Source: an uncultured Clostridia bacterium
GTDB lineage: Bacteria > Bacillota > Clostridia > Oscillospirales > CAG-272
Direction: 5' to 3'
Length of the DNA stretch: 44,940 bases
Assembly (NCBI GenBank): GCA_937893945.1
Contig: CALCTA010000107.1
Coordinates: forward strand, 1-44,940
The notes below the pieces were generated by a model, which saw only the letters and a list, made by a program, of their open reading frames with translations, was not told where the DNA came from and ran no database searches. Positions 17,937 through 26,038 of the stretch are shown here, in pieces. Position 1 is the stretch's first letter. Each line of letters opens with the position of its first letter. The translations under genes and the position numbers were made by a program.

Positions 17937-19607
17937 ATGCTTCAGTCGCTTCATATTGAAAACGTAGCGGTAGTAAAGCGTCTTGATATTGAATTCTCAG
18001 AAGGGATGACTGCGCTTACCGGCGAGACGGGCGCGGGAAAATCAATAATAATAGATAGCCTTAATCTCCTTTCGGGCAACAGAGCTGATAAGGAGCTTAT
18101 ACGAAACGGCTCGGAAAGAGCAGAGGTAAGCGCGGTGTTTTCCTCTCTTTCTCCCAAGGTCGTCTCGGCGCTATCTGAGCTTGGCTTTGAGGCTGAGGAC
18201 GGAAGCATAATGCTTTCAAGAGTGCTGACTCAATCCTCATCTTCCGCAAGAATAAACGGTCGCCCCGTAACTCTTTCGTTGCTAAAAGACGCTTCATCAC
18301 TGCTTTTCGGCATTCACGGGCAGAATGATAATCTGCGATTGCTCGATCCCAAAAATCATATTGATATACTTGATGCTTACGCGGACAATAGCGAGAAGCG
18401 CGAGGAGTATTACGGACTATACCGCAAGATGCTTCATATTCGTGCCGAGATAGATGCTATCTCAAAGGATGCGCGTGAGCGCATCAGGATAAGAGAGATG
18501 CTGAAGTTCCAGATAGACGATATTGATTCCGCAAAGCTTCGCGAGGGTGAAGAAGAAGCACTCGAAACTCTTGTTTCAAAGCTTCGCCACCTTGAGCGTA
18601 TCAACAAATGCTGCGCGCTTGTTGAAAAAGCGCTTCAGGGCTCAAAGGGAATGGGCGCGATATATCTTACCGACAGAGCGTCAAGCGCACTTGAATCTAT
18701 ATCGGACGCCGTGCCTGAGGCAGAAGCACTCTCTTCAAGACTTGCAGAGGTAAAATACGAGCTTGAGGATATCGCCGCAAGCGTATCTGAGCTCTCTGAC
18801 CTCGGAGACGGAGACCCTACCGCAAGGCTTGATAAGGCAGAGGGCAGGCTTGATACTATCTCAAGACTTAAGCGTAAATACGGCAGTACGGTGGAGGAAA
18901 TACTTGAGTTCAGACGCGAGGCGGCAGAAAAGCTTGAGTATATAGATAATGCCGACGACCGCAAGGCAGATCTTGAGGACGAGCTTGAGAAGATAAGCAA
19001 GGCGGCAAAAGAGATAGCAAAGCAGCTTCACGAGTCGCGTAAGAGAGCCGCGCTCGGACTTACCAAGAGCGTCAAGGAAACGCTTGCGTTCCTTGATATG
19101 CCTAAGGTGGCATTTGAGGCAAGTATTGATGCCGCGGCAGAATTCAACCCCTACGGACTTGACGAGGTCGAGTTTCTTATATCGGCAAACCCCGGAGAGC
19201 CGCTTATGCCTATGGCAAGGATAGCCTCGGGCGGTGAGCTTGCGAGAATTATGCTCTCGCTTAAAAACGTTCTCAATCTCTCTGACGGAATAGACACCGT
19301 TATATTTGACGAGATAGATACGGGAATTTCGGGTAAGACCTCAAGAAAGGTTGGAATAAAGCTCAAGGAGATAGGCAGAGAAGCGCAGGTCATCTGCGTT
19401 ACCCACTCCGCACAGATAGCGTCCCTCGCGCACACACATCTTTTCGTATCCAAAAAAGAGGTTGACGGAAGAACAGAGAGTGCTGTCTCGCGTCTTGACG
19501 ATGAGGCGAGAGTTTCGGAGATAGCGAGAATACTTGGCGGAATCGAGATAACCTCAGCGCAGAGAGTAGCCGCGCTTGAAATGATATCAGAGGGAAAAAG
19601 CTACTGA
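17937..19607 (+). CDS. recN: DNA repair protein RecN
   Basis: SMC-like Walker A LTGETGAGKSIIIDSL, a long coiled coil, the signature SGGELARIMLSLK, and Walker B VIFDEIDTGISG. Confidence 0.95.
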   Translation: MLQSLHIENVAVVKRLDIEFSEGMTALTGETGAGKSIIIDSLNLLSGNRADKELIRNGSERAEVSAVFSSLSPKVVSALSELGFEAEDGSIMLSRVLTQSSSSARINGRPVTLSLLKDASSLLFGIHGQNDNLRLLDPKNHIDILDAYADNSEKREEYYGLYRKMLHIRAEIDAISKDARERIRIREMLKFQIDDIDSAKLREGEEEALETLVSKLRHLERINKCCALVEKALQGSKGMGAIYLTDRASSALESISDAVPEAEALSSRLAEVKYELEDIAASVSELSDLGDGDPTARLDKAEGRLDTISRLKRKYGSTVEEILEFRREAAEKLEYIDNADDRKADLEDELEKISKAAKEIAKQLHESRKRAALGLTKSVKETLAFLDMPKVAFEASIDAAAEFNPYGLDEVEFLISANPGEPLMPMARIASGGELARIMLSLKNVLNLSDGIDTVIFDEIDTGISGKTSRKVGIKLKEIGREAQVICVTHSAQIASLAHTHLFVSKKEVDGRTESAVSRLDDEARVSEIARILGGIEITSAQRVAALEMISEGKSY

Positions 19608-19634
19608 TATTTTTGAAATATTTTCGGTAAAGAC

Positions 19635-19663
19635 TTGAAAAAAATCACTTTGTGTAGTATAAT
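19635..19663 (+). promoter_or_regulatory. Sigma-A promoter of argS
   Basis: TTGAAA (19635-19640), a 17-nt spacer, then TATAAT (19658-19663). Confidence 0.55.
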
Positions 19664-19700
19664 TAAAAAGTTGTAAAGTTTTGTTATTTGGAGATTATAA

Positions 19701-21416
19701 ATGTTAACGATCAAAAAAATGATCTCAGAGGAGATCGAGAGAATACTTAAAGGAATAAACGCTGACGCAGGACTTGACTCGGGTACAGTATGCTCTATGC
19801 TCGAATATCCCCCCGACGAGAAGATGGGAGATCTGGCACTTCCTTGCTTCAAGCTCAGCAAGGTGCTCCGCATGGCGCCCGTTAAGATAGCCGCTTCTAT
19901 CGCGGAAAGCTTTTCCTGCGAGGCAGTAGATAAGGCAGAGGCTCTTAACGGATATTTCAACATCTACCTTTCTGGCGAATATCTCGCTAAGAAGATAGCC
20001 GCTGAGGTAGCAGAGAAGGGCGATAAATACGGCGCTCCCACAGAGCTTGGTGAGGGTAAGACAGTAGTTCTTGATTACTCATCTCCCAATGTTGCAAAGC
20101 CTTTCCACATCGGACATCTCGGCACTACCGTTATCGGTCATTCCCTCAAGAAGCTCCATGAGTTTGCGGGATACAAGTGCGTTGGTATCAACTATCTTGG
20201 CGACTGGGGAACACAGTTCGGTAAGCTTATAGTTGCTTATCATAAGTGGGGTAACGCCGAGGCTATAGAGCAAGGCGGAGTTGACGCTCTCGTTGAGCTT
20301 TACGTAAGAATAAACAACGCTATCGCAGAGGATGCTACACTTGCTGACGAGGCAAGAGCTGAGTTCCGCAAGCTTGAGGATGGCGACGAGGAGAATATAA
20401 GACTCTGGAAATGGTTTGTTGATATAAGCCTTGCGGAGTATCAGAAGACCTACAAGCAGCTCGGTATAGAGTTTGACAGCTATAAGGGCGAGAGCTTCTA
20501 TACAGATAAGATGCCCGCGCAGGTGCAGAAGCTTCGCGATATGGGACTTCTCAAGATAGACGACGGCGCATCTATCGTTGATCTTGAGGAATACGGAATG
20601 ACCCCTTGCCTTATCCTCAAGAGAGACGGTTCAACGCTTTATCCCACAAGAGATATCGCGGCGGCTGTTTACCGTAAAGAGACCTACGATTTTGACAAGA
20701 TGATCTACGTTACGAGCGCAGGTCAGAGCCTGCACTTCGCTCAGTGGTTCAAGGTCGTTGAGCTTATGGGATATGAGTGGTACGATAAGCTCGTTCACGT
20801 TCCTTACGGCACTGTAAGCATCAACGGCGCCAAGCTTGCTACGAGAACGGGTAACGTAATTCTTCTGCGCGACCTCTTTGCGGAATCTATCGCAAAGGTT
20901 GCCGCAATTATGGATGAAAAGAACCCCAACCTCGAGAACAAGGAGAAGATATCCGAGGAGGTTGGCGTTGGCGCGATAGTATTCTACTATCTCTCCAATA
21001 ACCGTATCAGAGACATAAACTTCATGATGGAGGATGCTCTAAGCTTTGAGGGTAACACAGGTCCCTACGTTCAGTACACCTACGCGCGTACCTGCTCGGT
21101 GCTCTCTAAGTCTCCCGATTACGATAAGAACGCCGCACTAACGATAACCTCGACCGACGAGACCTCGCTCCTTAAAACGCTCTCGCGCTTTGAAGAAGTG
21201 GTAAGAGAGGCGATAGCCGCGTACGAGCCGTCGGTCGTAACGAGATATATCCTTGACGTTGCGGGCGCATATAACCGCTTCTATCACAACTGCTCTATAC
21301 TTGGCGCGGAGAGTGAAGAAATAAAGAATACCCGTCTTGTGCTGACAGATGCCGCAAGAACGGTGCTTGGTAATGCATTCGGGCTTATCTGCCTTGCAAA
21401 GACCGAGAAGATATAA
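19701..21416 (+). CDS. argS: Arginine--tRNA ligase
   Basis: Class I HIGH motif (PNVAKPFHIGHL) and overall ArgRS architecture, including the DALR anticodon-binding tail. Confidence 0.95.
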   Translation: MLTIKKMISEEIERILKGINADAGLDSGTVCSMLEYPPDEKMGDLALPCFKLSKVLRMAPVKIAASIAESFSCEAVDKAEALNGYFNIYLSGEYLAKKIAAEVAEKGDKYGAPTELGEGKTVVLDYSSPNVAKPFHIGHLGTTVIGHSLKKLHEFAGYKCVGINYLGDWGTQFGKLIVAYHKWGNAEAIEQGGVDALVELYVRINNAIAEDATLADEARAEFRKLEDGDEENIRLWKWFVDISLAEYQKTYKQLGIEFDSYKGESFYTDKMPAQVQKLRDMGLLKIDDGASIVDLEEYGMTPCLILKRDGSTLYPTRDIAAAVYRKETYDFDKMIYVTSAGQSLHFAQWFKVVELMGYEWYDKLVHVPYGTVSINGAKLATRTGNVILLRDLFAESIAKVAAIMDEKNPNLENKEKISEEVGVGAIVFYYLSNNRIRDINFMMEDALSFEGNTGPYVQYTYARTCSVLSKSPDYDKNAALTITSTDETSLLKTLSRFEEVVREAIAAYEPSVVTRYILDVAGAYNRFYHNCSILGAESEEIKNTRLVLTDAARTVLGNAFGLICLAKTEKI

Positions 21417-21454
21417 GCTGATAAAAATTGATTTAAAATAGAGAGGTAAAAATT

Positions 21455-22186
21455 ATGTCCGGACATAGCAAATGGGCGAATATCAAGCACAAGAAGGAAA
21501 AGACCGACGCGCAGAGAGCCAAGGTCTTTACAAAGATAGGTAAGGAGATAACCATTGCGGTTAAAGAGGGCGGCGGAGATCCCGCTTCTAACTCCAAGCT
21601 TCGCGACCTTATCCTTAAGGCAAAATCCAATAACGTTCCTAACGATAATATCGAGAGAACCATTAAGAAGGCTCTCGGCTCTACGGGCGAGAACTACGAG
21701 GAGGTAGTTTACGAGGGATACGGACCTGCGGGAATTGCAGTTATCGTTGAGGCTACTACCGACAACCGTAACCGTACAGCAGGTAATGTAAGAGCATATT
21801 TCTCCAAGTACCACGGCAATATGGGACAGACAGGCTGCGTTTCCTACCTCTTCACAGAGAAGGGCGTTATAATCATCTCTAACGAGGATGAGGATATCGA
21901 CGAGGATAAGCTTATGGAGACTGCTCTTGAGGCAGGTGCGGAGGATTTCGCATCCGAGGGAGAGGTATTTGAGATATACACCGAGCCCGACGATCTCTAC
22001 GCTGTCAAGGAAGCACTCGAGGCGGCAGGCTACACTGTTGCATCTGCCGAGAAGGATAAGATACCTTCCAACTACGTAACTCTTGAGACTGAAGACGATA
22101 TCAAGTTCATGGGCTTGCTTATCGAGAAGCTCGAGGATGACGACGACGTTATGAACGTATATCATAACTGGGAGAATTGCGATTGA
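21455..22186 (+). CDS. yebC: YebC/PmpR family DNA-binding transcriptional regulator
   Basis: MSGHSKWANIKHKKEKTDAQRAKVFTKIGKEI is the diagnostic N-terminus. Confidence 0.93.
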   Translation: MSGHSKWANIKHKKEKTDAQRAKVFTKIGKEITIAVKEGGGDPASNSKLRDLILKAKSNNVPNDNIERTIKKALGSTGENYEEVVYEGYGPAGIAVIVEATTDNRNRTAGNVRAYFSKYHGNMGQTGCVSYLFTEKGVIIISNEDEDIDEDKLMETALEAGAEDFASEGEVFEIYTEPDDLYAVKEALEAAGYTVASAEKDKIPSNYVTLETEDDIKFMGLLIEKLEDDDDVMNVYHNWENCD

Positions 22187-22189
22187 TCT

Positions 22190-23608
22190 ATGGGCAAGTA
22201 TAAGCGATTATTATCGAATACTGCCATTCTGGGAGCAGGTACCTTTATTTCAAAGGTACTTGTTTTCCTGCTTATGCCGCTTTATACAGCTCTGCTTTCG
22301 ACCGAGGAATTCGGAACGGCAGATATTCTTACACAGACGGCAAATCTACTCATACCGCTTGCGGCATTGGGAATCGGAGACGCGCTTTTTAGATTTGCGC
22401 TTGATGCCGATGCCGATAACCGTAAGAAGATATTCGGAAGCGCTATAGGCGTGCTGCTTGCGGCAATGCCTTGCCTTGCTATCCTTATACAGCTTTTGCG
22501 CTTCTTTGATATATACGACGGATATATCTGGCTTGTGTTCTTTTATATCTGCGCGGCAAACCTTCATCTCGTATGCGCTAACTACCTCAGAGCATGCGAT
22601 AGGACTAAAGCGTTCGCAATACAGGGAATAGCCAATACGGCGCTTACTATATTGCTCAATATTCTGTTCCTCGTTGTCTTTGATATGGGGGTTCTCGGAT
22701 ACGTTTTGTCGGTAGCGGTCTCGGATATTCTTATAACTCTCGCAATATTCTTCATTTGTAAGCTATATCGAGAGATAAGATTTGATTTCAAGAACACTTC
22801 GCTCGTGCGCTCAATGCTGAAATTCGGCATACCCTATATCCCCACTACGATGATGTGGATGATAACCTCAGCAAGCGATAGATTTATCGTTACCGCATTC
22901 TCGGGAGCTGCAGAGAACGGACTTTATGCGGCTGCATATAAGCTTCCTACGCTCATATCCTTGGCGGGAGGAGTCTTTATAGAGGCTTGGCAATTCTCGT
23001 CCGTCAATGATGCTAAAAAGGAAGAAAGAGCAAAATTTTTCTCAGAGGTTTACAGAAATTACGTCGGAATAATGTTTATGGGCGCATCCTTGATAGTTGT
23101 ATTTGCAAAGCTTCTGACCGTGATGCTGCTTGACGAGTCCTATTATTCCTCGTGGCAATACGTTCCCGTCTTAAGCATTGCGATGATCTTTTCGGCGTTT
23201 TCCGCCTTTGTTGGAAGCGTTTATTTCCTTGAAAAGAGAAGTGTACGCTCGTTTATTACGGCGGCTGTCGGAGCGCTTACGAATGTAGTGCTGAACTTCT
23301 TGCTTATCCCACACTTTGGTGCGATGGGCGCGGCGATAGCTACGGCAATAAGCTATCTCGTTGCCTTTATCATACGTGCTTGCGATACGACGAAATATCT
23401 GCGATTTGATCTTTGTCCGTTTAAGGTTACGTTAAACACTCTGGCAATAGTGGCACAGACAGTAATAATGCTGCTTGAGCCTCCAATGTGGATACTTTGG
23501 CAGACGCTCTTTGTGGCGTTTATGCTGATCTTCAACGGCAGAGATATATTTAAAGCAATAATGCAGATTGCAAAGAAAATTTTAGGCAAAAAAAGAAAAA
23601 ATATTTAA
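22190..23608 (+). CDS. MOP-superfamily oligosaccharide/polysaccharide flippase (Wzx/RfbX-like)
   Basis: The 472-aa protein has about 12-14 TM segments and an N-terminus (LLSNTAILGAGTFISKVLVFLLMPLYTALLSTEEFG) typical of Polysacc_synt family exporters. Confidence 0.78.
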   Translation: MGKYKRLLSNTAILGAGTFISKVLVFLLMPLYTALLSTEEFGTADILTQTANLLIPLAALGIGDALFRFALDADADNRKKIFGSAIGVLLAAMPCLAILIQLLRFFDIYDGYIWLVFFYICAANLHLVCANYLRACDRTKAFAIQGIANTALTILLNILFLVVFDMGVLGYVLSVAVSDILITLAIFFICKLYREIRFDFKNTSLVRSMLKFGIPYIPTTMMWMITSASDRFIVTAFSGAAENGLYAAAYKLPTLISLAGGVFIEAWQFSSVNDAKKEERAKFFSEVYRNYVGIMFMGASLIVVFAKLLTVMLLDESYYSSWQYVPVLSIAMIFSAFSAFVGSVYFLEKRSVRSFITAAVGALTNVVLNFLLIPHFGAMGAAIATAISYLVAFIIRACDTTKYLRFDLCPFKVTLNTLAIVAQTVIMLLEPPMWILWQTLFVAFMLIFNGRDIFKAIMQIAKKILGKKRKNI

Positions 23609-23616
23609 AAAAGCTA

Positions 23617-23645
23617 TTGCAATTCGAATTGATTTGTGGTATAAT
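23617..23645 (+). promoter_or_regulatory. Sigma-A promoter of rplS (extended -10)
   Basis: TTGCAA (23617-23622), a 17-nt spacer ending in TGG, then TATAAT (23640-23645). The 12-nt perfect palindrome CAATTCGAATTG (23620-23631) overlaps the -35 box and spacer. Confidence 0.6.
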
Positions 23646-23734
23646 ATGATGTAATGTGCGTAAAACGCAAGATAAAAGGGTAGTCCGCTGCGAAGCTCTG
23701 CATGAATACCCGGATTTTTAAGGAGGACTGAAAG
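23646..23734 (+). promoter_or_regulatory. Candidate ribosomal protein L19 leader
   Basis: The 5' UTR of about 85 nt has hairpin GCGTAAAACGC (23658-23668), and GGGTA (23678-23682) pairs with TACCC (23707-23711) just upstream of the SD AAGGAGG. An L19 leader is known in Firmicutes, but I cannot confirm a consensus match by eye. Confidence 0.35.
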
Positions 23735-24079
23735 ATGAACAACTTACTTCAGGCTTTTACAAACGAGCAGCTTAAGACCGAACTTCCGGTCGTAAACGTT
23801 GGTGATACCATTCGTATCCACAACAGAATCAAGGAAGGCGCACGCGAGAGAATTCAGATGTTCGAGGGTACCGTTATCGCTAAGCACGGCGGCGGAATCT
23901 CCGAGACATTTACCGTAAGACGCGTATCTTACGGCTGTGGCGTAGAGAAGACCTTCCCGATCCACTCTCCCAACGTTGTTAAGGTAGATATTGTTCGTTC
24001 CGGTAAGGTTAGAAGAGCAAAACTCTACTACTTGAGAGACAGAGTTGGTAAAGCTTCCAAGGTTAAGGAAAAGATCTAA
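23735..24079 (+). CDS. rplS: 50S ribosomal protein L19
   Basis: 114 aa with [37 protein letters not shown] and [12 protein letters not shown]. Confidence 0.97.
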   Translation: MNNLLQAFTNEQLKTELPVVNVGDTIRIHNRIKEGARERIQMFEGTVIAKHGGGISETFTVRRVSYGCGVEKTFPIHSPNVVKVDIVRSGKVRRAKLYYLRDRVGKASKVKEKI

Positions 24080-24099
24080 GTATCTACTTATCCTTATGC

Positions 24100-24134
24100 A
24101 AAAAAGACACCCATCGGGTGTCTTTTTTGTTTTC
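24100..24134. terminator. Bidirectional intrinsic terminator (rplS and the convergent lipoprotein gene)
   Basis: AGACACCC (24105-24112) pairs with GGGTGTCT (24116-24123). An A-run lies upstream and a T-run downstream. Confidence 0.8.
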
Positions 24135-24616
24135 TATTTTAATATTTCTTCTGCTTTGTTAAATACTGCCTGATTATCCGCGGAAGAAAGAGCGGTAAAA
24201 ATAATATAGTCTCCAAATCGCCGCACCTCAGCGCGATCAAGCTTTGATAGCTCTCCCGGGGCATAATTTTTGAAAAAAGCTGCCTTTTCGTTCTTTTGCG
24301 TCTTAAGATAGTTCTCAACTGCCGACTGCATTTCCTTTGCTTTTTCCTTTGAAATGCGTATTACTCCGATCTCACCCACATCCTCTGCGGCGCGTGAGTA
24401 AAGCACAGTTATATCGGCATCAGCATTCTTTGCAAAGTCAAAATACGAAAGCTCCTCGTCGGTGTATTCAATATAATCCTCAGAGCCCGAAATTTGCCCC
24501 ATAAGCGCATCCGACAGCTCCTTGCTTGTAAGTGAACTGCTATATTCGGCTTGCTTGCAGGAGGGAAAAATAAGCATAGAAATGGCGAGCGCGATAAATA
24601 ATAATATTTTCTTCAT
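24134..24616 (-). CDS. Small lipoprotein (DUF4358-like, assigned from memory)
   Basis: Signal peptide with lipobox LIFPSC, 160 aa. The start is translationally coupled to the upstream SGNH gene: GGAGGATGAAATG. Confidence 0.65.
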   Translation of the reverse strand: MKKILLFIALAISMLIFPSCKQAEYSSSLTSKELSDALMGQISGSEDYIEYTDEELSYFDFAKNADADITVLYSRAAEDVGEIGVIRISKEKAKEMQSAVENYLKTQKNEKAAFFKNYAPGELSKLDRAEVRRFGDYIIFTALSSADNQAVFNKAEEILK

Positions 24617-24617
24617 T

Positions 24618-25415
24618 TCATCCTCCGTAGGCGTGTGTTCTTATATATCTTAACACCTCGCGGTATGCCTCGGCATTAAGATGAAATCCGTCTCCGCTAT
24701 CGTAACAGCTCTTAAGAAATCCGTTCTCATCTTTCAGAGAATCAGCCGTGTTGAGATAAGGTAAGCCACACTCCTTTGCGAGAGAAGATGTCCATTCGTT
24801 AGTTCTGTCAATATAAGAGTTTAATACGTCTGCGCTCACGCTGTAGTTTGAGGTGTCCATATCCTTTGAAACGGGGAAGCAGGATTGAAGCATTATCACC
24901 GTGTCCGGCGAAGCCTCCTCTAACCTTGATATAAGCTTTTTGTAGCAGCCCTTGAAGTATTCCGAGCCCTTTGACATATTTCCCACAGCACCGTTAAGAC
25001 CAAAGGTCAAAAGAAGATATTTAGGCTTCTTTTTTGCCATGGCATCCGATATATCAAGCTCCTCGTTTGTGTCGGGGTAAAGTATCCTGCAGCTTGCTGT
25101 GGATGGATCGAGCATAAGCGTTCCGCTCTTTGGCGCCCAGACCTGTTTTGTGTCTTTACCGCCTGAGAGCACTCCTCGGCTCTTTAGATGATAGGTGGTG
25201 GACTCCCCGAGGAAAATGAAGGAATCTATATAGCTCTGACCTGCGTCCTCTGTCTTTTGAAGAGACGTGTCGCTGCCTTGAAGAGAGACCTCCACGTCCG
25301 GAAGAATAACCCCCGTCCCGTCTTCCTCGGTCTCCGGCTCCCTTGCGGAGCAGGATGAAGTCCACATATATATGATTACTATAAATAAAGAGAAAAAAAG
25401 CAACTTTTTTAGCAT
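24618..25415 (-). CDS. Secreted or anchored SGNH/GDSL-family hydrolase or acyltransferase
   Basis: N-terminal hydrophobic signal. Block I is FIFLGESTT (GES in place of GDS), block III is FGLNG, and block V is GDGFHLN (D-x-x-H). Confidence 0.78.
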   Translation of the reverse strand: MLKKLLFFSLFIVIIYMWTSSCSAREPETEEDGTGVILPDVEVSLQGSDTSLQKTEDAGQSYIDSFIFLGESTTYHLKSRGVLSGGKDTKQVWAPKSGTLMLDPSTASCRILYPDTNEELDISDAMAKKKPKYLLLTFGLNGAVGNMSKGSEYFKGCYKKLISRLEEASPDTVIMLQSCFPVSKDMDTSNYSVSADVLNSYIDRTNEWTSSLAKECGLPYLNTADSLKDENGFLKSCYDSGDGFHLNAEAYREVLRYIRTHAYGG

Positions 25416-25461
25416 AAAAAACCTCCGTGCTTCAAGTATTGTTCAACCTGAAGCACGGAGG
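25416..25461 (-). terminator. Intrinsic terminator that overlaps the SD and start of the SGNH gene
   Basis: On the minus strand: CCTCCGTGCTTCA (25449-25461), a 14-nt loop, TGAAGCACGGAGG (25422-25434), then TTTTTT and the ATG at 25413-25415. Confidence 0.75.
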
Positions 25462-25472
25462 GAATAGCGCTT

Positions 25473-25910
25473 TTATTTTTTCTTTTTGAACTGATCGTTG
25501 TATTTTGCCGACGCCTCTCGGTTAACACGCAGACGCGCCTTGAAAAAGAGCTTTGCCACGTAGTATATCCAATAAACTATCGAGAATATTATCAAGCCCG
25601 TCAGCACGTTTGAGGGGCGCATAGAAACGGGAAGCATAAAGCAGGCGTAGAATCCGAAGAGGTATATCCCATAGTGAATAACCTCGCCAAGCACCGATGG
25701 GATCGCCTTAATTGCGCGAATAGCATCTGCAAGAGCGCAGAGAGCAGAGAATACGAAGAAGAGCAATACGCGGTTTGCCTCTATCGCGGGAGCGTCCTCA
25801 CCCGTGGTTATGAAAACCATACAAAGCATATAGCCCGCACATATCAGCGTAAAATATATGCACGCCGAGCATAAAGCTTTTTTGATCAGTCCTTTTATAT
25901 CCATGTTCAA
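25473..25910 (-). CDS. Small integral membrane protein (about 4 TM) of unknown function
   Basis: 145 aa with four hydrophobic segments and a basic C-terminal tail. I recognise no motif. Confidence 0.6.
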   Translation of the reverse strand: MNMDIKGLIKKALCSACIYFTLICAGYMLCMVFITTGEDAPAIEANRVLLFFVFSALCALADAIRAIKAIPSVLGEVIHYGIYLFGFYACFMLPVSMRPSNVLTGLIIFSIVYWIYYVAKLFFKARLRVNREASAKYNDQFKKKK

Positions 25911-25995
25911 GTTAAATCCTTTCGTAGTTTACCCATTCAATATAACATAAATACGAGATGAATTCAAGTACATTATGTAAATTTTTCAACTAAAT

Positions 25996-26036
25996 AAAAT
26001 AAAAACAGAAAGAGGCGCTTGAAGAGCGCCTCTTTT
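25996..26036 (-). terminator. Intrinsic terminator after the AI-2E transporter gene
   Basis: AGAGGCGCT (26011-26019) pairs with AGCGCCTCT (26025-26033). On the minus strand a T-rich tract (TTCTGTTTTTATTTT) follows. Confidence 0.7.
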
Positions 26037-26038
26037 TA

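Noticed and set aside
19608-19700. Possible T-box leader upstream of argS
   Set aside because: Only about 37 nt lie between the predicted -10 box and the ATG. That is far too short for a T-box, and no T-box sequence (AGAGA..., UGGNACCGCG-type) is present.
21284-22165. 293-aa ORF on the minus strand
   Set aside because: It is antisense to the argS end and yebC, with no recognisable domain or start context.
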